From: a virus
Lineage: Duplodnaviria > Caudoviricetes
Virus record (IMG/VR): IMGVR_UViG_3300031759_000022
Location: 1 to 57,373 of that record
Strand: one strand, 5' to 3'
DNA: 57,373 nucleotides
This document shows, one piece after another, positions 19,185-29,947 of this stretch (position 1 is its first letter; each line of letters opens with the position of its first letter). The notes under the pieces are model-generated. The model did not search any database and was not told the origin of the DNA. It saw only the letters and a program-made list of their open reading frames with translations. The translations under genes were made by a program, and so were the position numbers.

Positions 19185-19650
19185 TGTTACAAGTTTTACT
19201 AGCGGAATCTATATTTATATTATTGTAGCTGCAGCTTCCGGAATTGCTTGTGGCTATGGAGCATACAGCTGGACTTCGGACTATTATGTTGCTAAAATAG
19301 AGAAAGCTAACATTCAAGCACTAAAGGAAAAAGATGACATTCAAGCAAAAGGCGACTTCTTGGTTGCAAATTACATACAGCAAATTGATAAACTATCAGC
19401 TAACGGAGCCACTTTACAAAGGCAAGTTAATATGGCTGTTGCTAATGGTCAGTGTAATATTAGTAGTGGTTTTGTCCGGTTGTACAACGCCAGTGCAAGT
19501 AATCAGGCCTCAAGCCCCAGCAGCACTGATGGCGCCCCCAGCAACCTTGACATTACTACCCTCCTCTCCATCAGCATCGAAAACAACGAAAAATACAACA
19601 GACTAGCAGACCAGTTAACACAACTTCAAGCGTTCGAAAATATTAAGTAA
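19162..19650 (+). CDS. Rz-like inner-membrane spanin
   Basis: Start MWKTIL after GGAG; N-terminal TM then coiled coil, CNISSGFVRLYN; contains an embedded lipoprotein ORF. Confidence 0.7.
   Translation: MWKTILSSVTSFTSGIYIYIIVAAASGIACGYGAYSWTSDYYVAKIEKANIQALKEKDDIQAKGDFLVANYIQQIDKLSANGATLQRQVNMAVANGQCNISSGFVRLYNASASNQASSPSSTDGAPSNLDITTLLSISIENNEKYNRLADQLTQLQAFENIK
19334..19606 (+). CDS. Rz1-like outer-membrane lipoprotein spanin embedded in Rz (true start likely further in, e.g. ATG 19445)
   Basis: Hydrophobic stretch + lipobox LSG-C followed by Pro-rich mature peptide, in the +1 frame of Rz. Confidence 0.7.
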   Translation: MTFKQKATSWLQITYSKLINYQLTEPLYKGKLIWLLLMVSVILVVVLSGCTTPVQVIRPQAPAALMAPPATLTLLPSSPSASKTTKNTTD

Positions 19651-19661
19651 TAGGAGTTAAC

Positions 19662-20183
19662 ATGGGCAAAAGGCTATTTTTAGTAGCATGGTTATGCACG
19701 TTAATTTTAGTAGTACAAAACATACCCCTAATTCAAACAGTAGAAAACAAAACCATGGCAATTACAAAATCAACATTTAATTTTATAACTGGATTTGAAG
19801 GAAAACGCCATACCGCATATAAAGATTCTAAAGGTCTTTGGACAACTGGAGTAGGCCACTTAATAAAAGCCGACGAACAATATCTTTTACACAAGGTTTT
19901 AACAGACCAACAAGTAGAAGACCTATTTAAAGACGATTTAAGGTGGTGTGACGATGCCGTAGCAAGTTCTGTTAGGGTATCCCTCAACCAGAACCAATCA
20001 GACGCCCTGTACTCGCTATGCTTTAATATTGGGGAAGAACATTTTAAAAACTCTGAAGTTGTGCGTCATCTTAATGATAATGACCTTATAAAAGCAGCAA
20101 ATGCCTTTATGAATTGGGTTACCCCTACTGTATTGACTCCAAGACGGGAAAAAGAAAAAAAGCTGTTTTTAACACCAGTTTAG
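19662..20183 (+). CDS. Endolysin, GH24 lysozyme, with N-terminal hydrophobic signal/SAR-like segment
   Basis: FEGKRHTAYKDSKGLWTTGVGH (E-x8-D-x5-T triad), NQNQSDAL.SLCFNIG, RREKE. Confidence 0.9.
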   Translation: MGKRLFLVAWLCTLILVVQNIPLIQTVENKTMAITKSTFNFITGFEGKRHTAYKDSKGLWTTGVGHLIKADEQYLLHKVLTDQQVEDLFKDDLRWCDDAVASSVRVSLNQNQSDALYSLCFNIGEEHFKNSEVVRHLNDNDLIKAANAFMNWVTPTVLTPRREKEKKLFLTPV

Positions 20184-20212
20184 GGCGTAAATCGTCCGTT
20201 TTTTGCATTAGT
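20183..20212 (+). promoter_or_regulatory. Putative phage late promoter, copy 4
   Basis: GGGCG 20183-20187, TGCATTAGT 20204-20212, 16-nt spacer. Confidence 0.75.
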
Positions 20213-20259
20213 AGATATAAGGGCCGATCACCCGTTTAACTAAACCTCGAGGAAATACC

Positions 20260-20784
20260 ATGGACGGATTTAAAAAGATTGTAAAGATGAAAATTGGCGG
20301 CGCTGTTAAGCCAGCTGCATATGTAACTCGCAAAGAGCTCAAACAAGAAGAATCTAAAGACATATCTGCTGATAAGCAGATGGTCAAAAAAGGTGTTAGC
20401 CAGCATGAGAGTTTTCTGCACAAAGGCGAACCAGCAACAGAACTTACCCTTAAAAAAGGCGGCCGAGCTAAAAAAGCTGTTGGTACAGTAAGTAAGTATA
20501 AATGTGGTGGCGGCATTAAAAAGATGGCTGTTGGCGGATCTGCGCTACAAGACCTAATGCAAGCTAAAGAAATCGCTCGTTTAGCTAATGCTAAAAAATA
20601 TTTAGGTAAAGGCCAACAAGGTCAATTTGCTGGTCAAGAAATGCAACAAACTCCAGCACAAACTGGTTTGCCTGTTGCCCCAGCAATGGCTCCTAATACT
20701 CCACCTGCACCAATGCCAGCTCCAGTACCAGGTAGCGCACCCCCAATGAAAAAAGGCGGTAAAGCTAAAAAAGACAAGTGCTAA
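20260..20784 (+). CDS. Basic low-complexity protein with (M/L/Y)KxGG repeats
   Basis: MKIGG, LKKGG, YKCGG, MAVGG, MKKGG; RBS GAGG. Confidence 0.7.
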   Translation: MDGFKKIVKMKIGGAVKPAAYVTRKELKQEESKDISADKQMVKKGVSQHESFLHKGEPATELTLKKGGRAKKAVGTVSKYKCGGGIKKMAVGGSALQDLMQAKEIARLANAKKYLGKGQQGQFAGQEMQQTPAQTGLPVAPAMAPNTPPAPMPAPVPGSAPPMKKGGKAKKDKC

Positions 20785-20785
20785 C

Positions 20786-20953
20786 ATGCCGATAAAATCG
20801 AAAGCCCAACAAGGCGCTATGTATGCAGCTGCAGAAGGCAAAAGTACTCTTGGAATACCGAAAAAAGTAGCTAAAGAATTTATAGCTTCTGGTAAAAAAC
20901 AATCCAAACTACCCAATAAAGTAACCAAGCGAGCCGCTGGCCGCGGAAGGTAA
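20786..20953 (+). CDS. Small basic protein ([12 protein letters not shown]...[10 protein letters not shown]), 55 aa
   Basis: Below track cutoff; translated by hand, fills the gap exactly. Confidence 0.65.
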   Translation: MPIKSKAQQGAMYAAAEGKSTLGIPKKVAKEFIASGKKQSKLPNKVTKRAAGRGR

Positions 20954-20954
20954 T

Positions 20955-22028
20955 ATGGCCTATAGTAATACAACTGGACAGACAACAATCAATGTTGACC
21001 AGTTAATCTCATACGCGTTTCGTGATGCTGGTAAAACTGCAGAAGAAATAACACCTGAGCTTATTGGAGCAGCCAAACAGGCTTTGTTTTATAACTTACA
21101 GAACCTATCCAACCGTGGTGTTAATCTTTGGTTGTTAGAAAATAAACTATTTGGTGCACAAACAGACCAACAAATTTTAACTCTACCAAAGACAGTTATT
21201 GATGTACGTGAAGCAAACTGGGTATATGTTCAAAATTTTCAACCTACTGCTGCGCTGCCTTTAGACAATCCAAATGCTTCAGTATTATTTAGCCAACAAT
21301 TATCTCCAGGTGTTTTTGCAACTTCCACCCTAGTTGAAAACTGGTTTGGAGGCGCGTTTAATCCGGAACAACGTGTGTTCTATGTTGGCTTCAATGCTTA
21401 TTGCCCAAATACAACCGATACATATAATCTAGTATACGAAACCAGTTACGATGGTATCACTTGGGTAAATACCCAAACGCTACCTGAAACAACTTTGGGG
21501 GACCGTGAGTGGGCTTACTTTAACATAAACATTACCCAACCATATCCGTACTATCGCTTACGTAATACCGATACACTGAATACGTTTTCATTACGTCAAA
21601 TTGTATTTTCAACAAGCCAACAAGTTATTCCACTAGCACGTCTTAATCGTGATGATTACTGGAATTTACCAAACAAACAGTTCCCTTCAGTTCGTTCATT
21701 GCAGTATTGGTTTGACCGTACTATTGAGCCTTCAATGTACCTGTGGCCTGTTCCCAACAATGATTTTCAAATGTTTCAATTGCTTGTTGAAGTTCAAATG
21801 CAAGATGTTGGATCGTTAACAAATCAAATTTATGTTCCCGATCGTTGGTTAAACTGTGTTCAAAAACAATTATCACATTCTTTATCAATGCAGATTCCAG
21901 GTGTTGATATGACTAGAGTACAATATCTTGAAGTACAAGCTGAAAAAGCATTCCTTCAAGCTAGTGAAGAAGACCGTGATAAATCTCCAATCTATCTGCA
22001 ACCCAATATTTCTTACTATACGAGATGA
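20955..22028 (+). CDS. Tail/neck (head-to-tail connector-like) protein with inserted beta-sandwich domain
   Basis: NRGVNLW, LNRDDY.NLPNK, YLWPVP, EEDRD motifs. Confidence 0.6.
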   Translation: MAYSNTTGQTTINVDQLISYAFRDAGKTAEEITPELIGAAKQALFYNLQNLSNRGVNLWLLENKLFGAQTDQQILTLPKTVIDVREANWVYVQNFQPTAALPLDNPNASVLFSQQLSPGVFATSTLVENWFGGAFNPEQRVFYVGFNAYCPNTTDTYNLVYETSYDGITWVNTQTLPETTLGDREWAYFNINITQPYPYYRLRNTDTLNTFSLRQIVFSTSQQVIPLARLNRDDYWNLPNKQFPSVRSLQYWFDRTIEPSMYLWPVPNNDFQMFQLLVEVQMQDVGSLTNQIYVPDRWLNCVQKQLSHSLSMQIPGVDMTRVQYLEVQAEKAFLQASEEDRDKSPIYLQPNISYYTR

Positions 22029-22564
22029 GTACTTCTTTGTATTGGATTCGTCATAAAGACCATACTGACATGTTTAGTCAGGGGTATGTTGGTGTCTCTA
22101 AAAATACACAAGTTCGCTGGTTTAGGCATAGCAGATATTCAGATAATCAACACCTTAAAGCAGCTATTAAAAAATATGGCTGGGACAATTTAATTAAAGA
22201 AGTTGTTTTAATTGGTCAAGAAACATACTGTTACAATTTAGAAGCAAAGATTAGGCCAACTAAGCAAATTGGCTGGAATATTGCTGAAGGCGGCGCAAAA
22301 CCTCCGGCATCCCAGTATCGTGGAGACAATTACGTAAGCCCTTTAAAAGGCATGTCCCGACCAACTCCTTGGGCTGTAGGAAGAATTAAAACAGCCGAAG
22401 AACGTAAAAAATTATCCGATGTTAAAAAAGTTAAAGTCAAATATGAAAGTATTATTTACAACAGCTTTGAAGATTTAGCCAGCCACCTTGGAATTAAATA
22501 TTCTACATTAACTAATAGGGTTTACAGAAATGCAGCTAAGTATGGATATAAGGTTTTAAAATGA
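22025..22564 (+). CDS. GIY-YIG homing endonuclease
   Basis: SLYWI...GYVGVS...RWFRH...AIKKYG...GWNIAEGG plus NUMOD-like tail. Confidence 0.8.
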   Translation: MSTSLYWIRHKDHTDMFSQGYVGVSKNTQVRWFRHSRYSDNQHLKAAIKKYGWDNLIKEVVLIGQETYCYNLEAKIRPTKQIGWNIAEGGAKPPASQYRGDNYVSPLKGMSRPTPWAVGRIKTAEERKKLSDVKKVKVKYESIIYNSFEDLASHLGIKYSTLTNRVYRNAAKYGYKVLK

Positions 22565-23175
22565 GCGTAATAATGACCTACGATTCGCTGGTGTTAAACA
22601 TCCAGCAATACATGGAACGTAATGATGCAGATTTTATTGCTCAAATTCCTAACTTAATAGCTTTAGCAGAATCATCTATTGCAGCTGAATTAAAAACGTT
22701 CATGCAACTTATTGTTGTAGAAACCTCATTAGCTGATGAGCAAACAGTTCTCAATAAGCCTGCTAGATGGCGCAAAACAGTTTCTATGAAGGTTAATGGA
22801 CAGCCTATTTTGTTACGTAGTCAAGACTATGTAGCTCAGTATATTTCAGAATCTGATGAAGGCGTTCCTAAATACTACGCGGACTATGACTACAATAACT
22901 GGAACTTTGCTCCTATTCCAGATCAAAGTTATCCTGTAGAAATTATTTATTACGCTGAAATTCAGCCTTTAGATACTGCAAATCAACAAAACTTATGGAC
23001 AACTATCGCCCCACAAGCTATGTTGTACGGAGCATTACTACAAGCACAAGGGTATTTAAAAGCTTTAGACAAACTACCAGTTTGGAAAGGCTATTATACA
23101 GATGCACTTGCAGCAATTAAAAAAGAAGACAATTCACGTCGAGTGGATCGAAATACAACGGTTCAGGAACCTTAA
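22561..23175 (+). CDS. Podovirus tail adaptor / tubular protein A-like
   Basis: MTYDSL..., IALAE, PKYYA, FAPIPDQSY, MLYGAL..A motifs. Confidence 0.65.
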   Translation: MSVIMTYDSLVLNIQQYMERNDADFIAQIPNLIALAESSIAAELKTFMQLIVVETSLADEQTVLNKPARWRKTVSMKVNGQPILLRSQDYVAQYISESDEGVPKYYADYDYNNWNFAPIPDQSYPVEIIYYAEIQPLDTANQQNLWTTIAPQAMLYGALLQAQGYLKALDKLPVWKGYYTDALAAIKKEDNSRRVDRNTTVQEP

Positions 23176-23178
23176 TAG

Positions 23179-24447
23179 ATGACTACTCCAGTTTACACAT
23201 CCCCTTTTACAGGCACTGTTGTTACCCCAACAGATGTATCTTATCTTGCACTTCCTTTCAGCGCTAATGTATCACTTTTTTGGCCCAGTACAGTTAATGG
23301 TAGCCAAACACCCGCTGCTCGCATTATTGATTGTACTCCTTCCACATCTGGCCTTACTATTAGTTTGCCTGAAGGAGATCAAGGAACACTAGGCGCTGAT
23401 ATTCTTTTTAGGAATTTAGGAACTAACTCTTTTGTTATTACAGACTTTCTTAACGGAAATAGTGTAACAATTAACCCAGGGGTTTCTAAATACTTTTATT
23501 TAACCAATAACACAACTACAGCCGGTATTTGGAGTAATGTAACATTTGGAACGGGAACTTCCTCCGCAGATGCAGCTTCATTAGCTGGTGCAGGACTAAC
23601 AACAGTAAGCGGGCAATTAGCAGTAACTCAAAACATTGTAAACATTTCCGCTGCCCCAACTATCAATAACGTAAGTAGGGCTTCAACTTATAATTGGTTG
23701 GGGGGAGTGGGTAACATTGTATTGCCTTCCGTTGCGTCTTTAACTACAGGTTGGTTTATAGCATTTAGAAATAATGGCTCTGGTACCTTGACGTTTACAC
23801 CAACATCACCACAGCTAATTAACGGCAGCACATCAATTGCTACTAATCCTGGTGATTCAGGATACATTTTTTATAATACAAGTTCCGGTGGATATATTAC
23901 TGTTGGGTGGACAACCCCAAACAATTTAGTATTCACAGCTGCAACATATGATGTAGACGCAATTTCGGCCAATACATTAAACCTGGTTTCAAATGCTCCA
24001 ATTATTCAAACATATATTGCGCAATCTGGTACTCGTACTCAGACTTTAGCAGTAACGTTTCCGGCAATTACTCAGTTGTATATTTTGGTTAATAATACTA
24101 ACCAATCTGGGTACAATATTACATTTCAAAACCAAGGTAGCAGCCAAGCGCCAATATCGCTAACAACTGGCAACATTTATACATTATTAAGTGATGGTGA
24201 GTTTTTATATATTTTAAACTCTTCATCCTCATCTTTGTTTAAGGCAGTTAACGGAAATGCTGGGGCGCCCTCTTACTCGTTTTTAAATGATAATACTACA
24301 GGTGTATACCTACAAGGTACTGGCGTTTTGGGGTTATCGGCAAACGCTGTAGAAATAATTAACGTAGATAATACAAACTTATCTGCCCCTTTAGTCACTA
24401 TAAATGCAAGGCTTACTGCAAGCTCAATTAGCGGTGGACAGTTTTAA
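23179..24447 (+). CDS. Tail structural protein
   Basis: 422 aa Thr/Ser/Asn-rich, repeated ITLP..G....N modules, APSYSF.ND..TG. Confidence 0.65.
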   Translation: MTTPVYTSPFTGTVVTPTDVSYLALPFSANVSLFWPSTVNGSQTPAARIIDCTPSTSGLTISLPEGDQGTLGADILFRNLGTNSFVITDFLNGNSVTINPGVSKYFYLTNNTTTAGIWSNVTFGTGTSSADAASLAGAGLTTVSGQLAVTQNIVNISAAPTINNVSRASTYNWLGGVGNIVLPSVASLTTGWFIAFRNNGSGTLTFTPTSPQLINGSTSIATNPGDSGYIFYNTSSGGYITVGWTTPNNLVFTAATYDVDAISANTLNLVSNAPIIQTYIAQSGTRTQTLAVTFPAITQLYILVNNTNQSGYNITFQNQGSSQAPISLTTGNIYTLLSDGEFLYILNSSSSSLFKAVNGNAGAPSYSFLNDNTTGVYLQGTGVLGLSANAVEIINVDNTNLSAPLVTINARLTASSISGGQF

Positions 24448-26622
24448 ATGGCAGCTGATAATCAGCAACAACAGAATAGCCCACAACAAGGCCCTTCTCA
24501 GTACACATCAATTTACAGCTTAGCTATTCCAGCTGGGATTAAGCGCGATGGTACTCAGTTTCAAAATGACCAGTATACAGATGGCGTGTGGTGTAGGTTC
24601 CAGCGTGGCGATCCTAAAAAAATGGGTGGCTATCGCACACTTTTTACTAGTAACGTTGGTATATATCGTGGCATGGTTGTGCAACCATACAATGGAGTCA
24701 ACTACATTTTTGCTGGTAACTATCAAGAGCTTGATGTGTTTACTTGTGGGATTAACTTTGGTACCGGTAGCGGGCCTTTTACTGCAAATACGCTTCCAGG
24801 AACTGTTCCGTTTACATTAGTATCTCACACCACATCTAGTTTTGTAATTGCTGGTAATGTTACTTCACAGTTTCCAACCGGAACTAATGTAATCTTTAAC
24901 CAGATTACCCCGGTAAACTATGTTACAACAACATCTTCTTATACAGCCCCCAATACAACTGTAAACTTTACAGGAACGTTGTCAGGAAGCCCAACAACAG
25001 TTTGGCTTAATAATGTTCTTACCTTTATTGAAGACCCTCAAGATGGTCCGTACCGTGTTACTTGGCAATTTGATGCTCAATTTAGCCCACAGGGTGGTCA
25101 GCTATCTATTTTTGCGCATCCAGGATATAACTTAATTGATATTGATAACGGGGTTCCATCACAAGTTTTAGTTGGAAATATCGCTCCTACTTCAGCAAAC
25201 ACTTGGAACTTTACTGGCCTTTCCGATAGCGGCGGGCAAAATCCAACATACCAACCAATTAGTGTTGATGGTGGGGTTACAGTACTATATCCGTTTATTT
25301 TTGTTTATGGCTCACATGGCTATATTGCTAATAATAACGTTAGTAGCACTTACGCAAGTCAAAACTTCTATGATTGGAATGGGCCTTTAGCAAACCAAAC
25401 TAACGTGTCGTCTTCTAAGATAGTTAAAGGTATGCCAATGCGAGGGGGTACTAACTCTCCCGCAGGTTTATTTTGGGCTACCGATTCCCTTATTCGCGTT
25501 TCTTTTAACTCTTCAGCTTCTAGTACAACACCTACTAGCCAATACTGGACCTATGATATTATTTCCAGTCAAATTTCAATCATGTCTTCCAATGCAATTG
25601 TGGAGATGGATGGCGTCTATTGGTGGATGGGTGTTGACCGATTCTATGCTTATAACGGTAGTGTAGTAGTAGTTCCTAATGATAAAAACGTAAATTATCT
25701 TTTTGATAACATTAACTATACACAACGTCAAAAAGTGTGGGCTACTAAAGTTCCACGATACAACGAGATCTGGTTCTTTTATCCTAGAGGTACAGCAACA
25801 GAGTGTACAGATGCTATTATTTATAATACTAAAGATAAGATTTGGTATGATGCTGGACAAGCAACTGGAGCTCAGCGCTCTTGTGGATATACAACAGAGA
25901 TTTTTCCAACACCTATTTGGGCAAGTTGGAATTATAATCCCTCCTTTAGTGCCCCGCTTACAGTAATACAGCACCCAGCTAGTCTAGCAGCACCTGGCTT
26001 AGATCAAATGTATATATCTGGTGATGTTACACCTCAGCTGGCTCCAGGAACAATCTTCACGTTTACCACAACTGGAGATTTTAATACAACCTATCAAGTA
26101 TCTGCTGCAACACTTATTTACAACACTACAATAGGCACTCCAGGTGTTACTTTAATTACCTTCACTGAAGAATCTCCTTTTACTCCAGCGGTTGGTTCTT
26201 CTGTATTTATTCAAAGTGGCGGGTTTACTATTTGGCAGCATGAGTTTGGTCAAAACCAAGTTAATTTAAACACTGAAAGCGCAGTCTATTCAAGCATTAC
26301 TACTAGCGATATCAGTTGGCTAACAGGCAATCCAAGTCAAGATAGTTTAGTTGGTGTCAATCGACGGATGCACTTACGCCGTATTGAGCCTAACTTTTTG
26401 CAAACAGGCACCATGTCTATGTCGATTTTAGGGCGTAAGTTTGCAAATAGTACTATTGAAGAGGATTCTGGACCTTTCTATTTCGAACCAGGTACAGACA
26501 AAATTGACCTTCGTGTAGAACATCGTTTAGTTCGCATTAAGTTTGAATCTAATACCATTGATGGTAATTTTGAAATGGGACGTTTAATGATTACTGCTGA
26601 ATTTGGGGACGAAAGACCTTGA
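24448..26622 (+). CDS. Tail nozzle / packaged-DNA stabilisation protein (tubular B-like)
   Basis: PAGIKRDGT, WCRFQRG.PKKMGG, YWWMG..RFYAYNG, YNEIWFFYP. Confidence 0.7.
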   Translation: MAADNQQQQNSPQQGPSQYTSIYSLAIPAGIKRDGTQFQNDQYTDGVWCRFQRGDPKKMGGYRTLFTSNVGIYRGMVVQPYNGVNYIFAGNYQELDVFTCGINFGTGSGPFTANTLPGTVPFTLVSHTTSSFVIAGNVTSQFPTGTNVIFNQITPVNYVTTTSSYTAPNTTVNFTGTLSGSPTTVWLNNVLTFIEDPQDGPYRVTWQFDAQFSPQGGQLSIFAHPGYNLIDIDNGVPSQVLVGNIAPTSANTWNFTGLSDSGGQNPTYQPISVDGGVTVLYPFIFVYGSHGYIANNNVSSTYASQNFYDWNGPLANQTNVSSSKIVKGMPMRGGTNSPAGLFWATDSLIRVSFNSSASSTTPTSQYWTYDIISSQISIMSSNAIVEMDGVYWWMGVDRFYAYNGSVVVVPNDKNVNYLFDNINYTQRQKVWATKVPRYNEIWFFYPRGTATECTDAIIYNTKDKIWYDAGQATGAQRSCGYTTEIFPTPIWASWNYNPSFSAPLTVIQHPASLAAPGLDQMYISGDVTPQLAPGTIFTFTTTGDFNTTYQVSAATLIYNTTIGTPGVTLITFTEESPFTPAVGSSVFIQSGGFTIWQHEFGQNQVNLNTESAVYSSITTSDISWLTGNPSQDSLVGVNRRMHLRRIEPNFLQTGTMSMSILGRKFANSTIEEDSGPFYFEPGTDKIDLRVEHRLVRIKFESNTIDGNFEMGRLMITAEFGDERP

Positions 26623-26888
26623 CAACTTATGTCAATAAACACAATCAGCAGTTTTTTCCTTTTGTTCCAGAGCTATCAAGCTGGGAAGACTGGAACGGTA
26701 ATTTCATTATTTATTATGGTCAACTAAACATCCCACATACTTCTGAAGAAAATTGGAAAGATGCAGCATCTTTAATTGCCAGTACTTTTACGTTTTCTGC
26801 TTTTCCAATTCCTGACCCGGATACTTTTGAAAACTGGCAAGATTGGGCCAATGAAGTGTCGTTAAGTATTAACGGTAAATCCCACTAA
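26619..26888 (+). CDS. Small Trp-rich tail-module protein
   Basis: 89 aa, PDPDTFENWQDWA; coupled to the upstream gene. Confidence 0.6.
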   Translation: MTTYVNKHNQQFFPFVPELSSWEDWNGNFIIYYGQLNIPHTSEENWKDAASLIASTFTFSAFPIPDPDTFENWQDWANEVSLSINGKSH

Positions 26889-26892
26889 ACTA

Positions 26893-26922
26893 GGGCGTTT
26901 TTGCCTTATTTTTTGCATTAGT
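26893..26922 (+). promoter_or_regulatory. Putative phage late promoter, copy 5
   Basis: GGGCG 26893-26897, TGCATTAGT 26914-26922, 16-nt spacer. Confidence 0.75.
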
Positions 26923-26950
26923 GTATATAGAATAAACTAAACGGTAAAAC

Positions 26951-29947
26951 ATGGCCTCATCGGATCCAGCACAATACGCTTCGCAGATCTCTCAGCTTTA
27001 TCAGCAGAATTTAAATCGTGCTCCTGATGCTGGTGGATTAGCCTATTGGGAGCAGCAAATGGCTGCTGGTGCTCCGTTAAGTTCAATTAATGCGGCCATT
27101 CAAAGTACACCAGAATACCAAGCAGCTCAAACTCCTACCAACGTAGGTAGCTATAGTGAAGCCAACCCTCCTCCAGGATGGACACAAGTTAGTAGTGCCA
27201 ATCCTAACCCAAATGAATCTGGGCCCATATTAACTTGGACTCCAACAAACGCCCCTACAGATCCATCGGCAATGAATTACAAGTTTGTTCCCGGACAGGG
27301 GTCAGATAGTGGAGCAACGTCAGCTAGTCAATTTATACCAACCGCCACTAACGCGGCTATTAATAATCCAGATATAGCAGGATTAGGTTTGACTCCTGAA
27401 GCAGCTCAGACCTTGTATAATTATAAGTCCACTAACCCGGGACTATACTATAATAATTTGCTACAAAACTATGCCGGTAGTATGGCAATGGATAAGACTT
27501 ATAGCGGTGGAAAAAATATTCCGGCGTTGCAGCAAAAAATTCAAGACATATCAGGTGCAGCACAACAAGCAGGAATAGCTCCTGCACAAATTAATAGCAT
27601 AGTAAATCAGCAATACCAAAGCTCGTATAACACAATAGCAGCCAACAACGCTGCTGGTGCTGGTAATGTTAATTTTGGAACTGTGTTACCTGTCATGGCA
27701 ATGATGGCAGCAGCCCCATTTACCGCAGGGGCTTCTTTAGCTATTGGTGAGGCTGTATTAGGTGCTGGAGCTGCAGGAGCTGCAACTTTAGGTGCTGCAG
27801 TATTAGGTGCGGGTACTTCTGCATTAGTTGCTGCAACCACTGGTGGGGATGTTAAAACTGCAGCATTAAAGGGTGCAATAGGCGGAGGCGTGTCTGCGGG
27901 ACTACCTAGCGCAGTAACATCCTTATTTGGTGATGCTAATATTCAAGATGTAGCAAGCGCACTTAATCTAACAAAAAGCCAAGTAGTTGGATTATTAACT
28001 AGCGCAACTGCTACTGCTTTAGGTTCAGTAGCTACAGGCGGGGATCCAGCAAAATTACTTAGTGCTATTACAAACAATTTAGCTGCCACAGCAATTGGGG
28101 ATTACGCTGGGAACTTAACAGCTGGTATTGCTCCGGAAACGTTAAGCGGTGTCACAAACGCAATTGGGGCCGTAGCCAAAGTTGGCGCTAGTGCAATACT
28201 CAATAATCAAAACCTTGCTACAGCATTAACCAATAACCTTGGTCAGATTATCGGGGCTTCTACACAGTCTTCAAAATATGCGGATACATTTGGGTCTGGA
28301 TTACCATCAACAACTACCATAGATATAAATGCTAAAAGCCCTATTGATGCTACGGGAACAACTTCTGGCCCCCCAGTTAATACTTCAGCTGGATCCCCCG
28401 TTGATTTAGCAAATACCGTTCAAGTTAAAAATCCAGATGGATCAACTGGATATTTTAATCCTGCTACAAACACAGTATACAATTCAGACGGATCTATAAA
28501 CACTGCGGCAACAGGGACAACGGGGGCCACCTTTACAGGCCAATCAGGCCAGGTAGCTGGTCCGGGTGTTGGTGTGATGGGCTTACCAAATACTAGCACT
28601 AATATAACCGCTGGCGGGACCCCAATTCCAGATGTGTTCCCTGTACAGCCAACGGGGGATCCTGTTAGTGGCGGTCCTACTCAAGGAACTCCAAACGCTT
28701 CTGCATTGACTTCGGATCAAATAGCTGCAATGGATTCGTTAGATACCCAATTGCAAAACGGTACTATTACACAAGCTCAACATGATACACAAATAGCTGC
28801 AATTGAAAATCCAACGGACCAAACAGCTTCAGGAATATTGGATGATATTACTGGAGCCCAAACTGGTTCTGGTGGTACCAGAACAAGTGGTGCGGGCACT
28901 GGTGCAGGAACAGCAGGTACTGGAACCGGAACAACAGGTACTACAACAACGCCAATAGCCACAACCCCTGTTAGCGGAACAGGTACTACACCAACAACAG
29001 GAACTGCTGCAACAGGAACCACTGTAGCTGGAGCAACTGCAGGAACCGGCACAGGGATAGTAACAAACACTGGAGCTACTGCAGGTACCGGTACGGGTAC
29101 AGGGACAACAGCAACAGGTACCGGTACAGGTACGGCAATTGGTGCCGGCGCTGCTGCAGCTTTAGCAGCTATTGCTGCCGGTACAGGTACAGGAACAGGA
29201 ACAGCAGGTACAGGTACAGGTACAGGTACAGGTACAGGTACAGGTACAGGTACAGGTACAGGTACAGGTACAGGTACAGGTACAGGTACAGGTACAGGTA
29301 CATCAACGACAATGGGAACAAATGCTATGCCAGCTGCACCAAAAGCAACGCTGTTAAAAGGAACTCAAATTTCCTCATTATTTGGTAATACTCCTGATCC
29401 TACTGTTAGCTATGCCCCAGCAGCAATTAACCCCCTATCTTTGCAAGAGATTCAACAAGCCAAAAATGGTGGTATAATTCATAAAGCAGATGGTGGAAGT
29501 TTACCAATGTCCCCACAGTTAATACGCGGACATCAAACTACTCATGCGGATTTATTTGGGGAAAAAGGTTCTCCTTTAACTAACATGCCACACATGCAAG
29601 CTGGTGGGCCAACCAATATGGAAGAAAGAACACTTCCTCAAAGTCATAACCCACAATTCTTTAGTGAAGGTGGCTTGCATTCGTTACAGCACTCTTTTGT
29701 TAGAGGTGCTGGTGATGGAACATCTGATTCTGTACCAGCTATGTTAGCCAATGGCGAGTTTGTAATCCCCGCTGATGTGGTGGCAGCATTGGGTAACGGT
29801 AGTAACGATAGCGGTGCGCATGTATTAGATGCGTTTTTAAAAACAGTTAGAGAACATAAACAAAAGCACGACGCTAAGCACCTTCCTCCAGATAGTAAGG
29901 GTGCGTTGGGTTATTTATTACAAGCACAACAAAAAGTGAGCAAATAA
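26951..29947 (+). CDS. Internal virion/ejection protein
   Basis: [19 protein letters not shown]-terminus, hydrophobic Gly/Ala segments, (GT)n tract, [23 protein letters not shown] motif. Confidence 0.7.
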   Translation: MASSDPAQYASQISQLYQQNLNRAPDAGGLAYWEQQMAAGAPLSSINAAIQSTPEYQAAQTPTNVGSYSEANPPPGWTQVSSANPNPNESGPILTWTPTNAPTDPSAMNYKFVPGQGSDSGATSASQFIPTATNAAINNPDIAGLGLTPEAAQTLYNYKSTNPGLYYNNLLQNYAGSMAMDKTYSGGKNIPALQQKIQDISGAAQQAGIAPAQINSIVNQQYQSSYNTIAANNAAGAGNVNFGTVLPVMAMMAAAPFTAGASLAIGEAVLGAGAAGAATLGAAVLGAGTSALVAATTGGDVKTAALKGAIGGGVSAGLPSAVTSLFGDANIQDVASALNLTKSQVVGLLTSATATALGSVATGGDPAKLLSAITNNLAATAIGDYAGNLTAGIAPETLSGVTNAIGAVAKVGASAILNNQNLATALTNNLGQIIGASTQSSKYADTFGSGLPSTTTIDINAKSPIDATGTTSGPPVNTSAGSPVDLANTVQVKNPDGSTGYFNPATNTVYNSDGSINTAATGTTGATFTGQSGQVAGPGVGVMGLPNTSTNITAGGTPIPDVFPVQPTGDPVSGGPTQGTPNASALTSDQIAAMDSLDTQLQNGTITQAQHDTQIAAIENPTDQTASGILDDITGAQTGSGGTRTSGAGTGAGTAGTGTGTTGTTTTPIATTPVSGTGTTPTTGTAATGTTVAGATAGTGTGIVTNTGATAGTGTGTGTTATGTGTGTAIGAGAAAALAAIAAGTGTGTGTAGTGTGTGTGTGTGTGTGTGTGTGTGTGTGTGTSTTMGTNAMPAAPKATLLKGTQISSLFGNTPDPTVSYAPAAINPLSLQEIQQAKNGGIIHKADGGSLPMSPQLIRGHQTTHADLFGEKGSPLTNMPHMQAGGPTNMEERTLPQSHNPQFFSEGGLHSLQHSFVRGAGDGTSDSVPAMLANGEFVIPADVVAALGNGSNDSGAHVLDAFLKTVREHKQKHDAKHLPPDSKGALGYLLQAQQKVSK
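29207..29302 (+). repeat. Perfect hexamer microsatellite (GGTACA)x16 encoding (Gly-Thr)n
   Basis: Read directly from the sequence. Confidence 0.9.

Noticed and set aside
29172-29357. (VQ)n ORF
   Set aside because: Alternate-frame reading of the GGTACA microsatellite.
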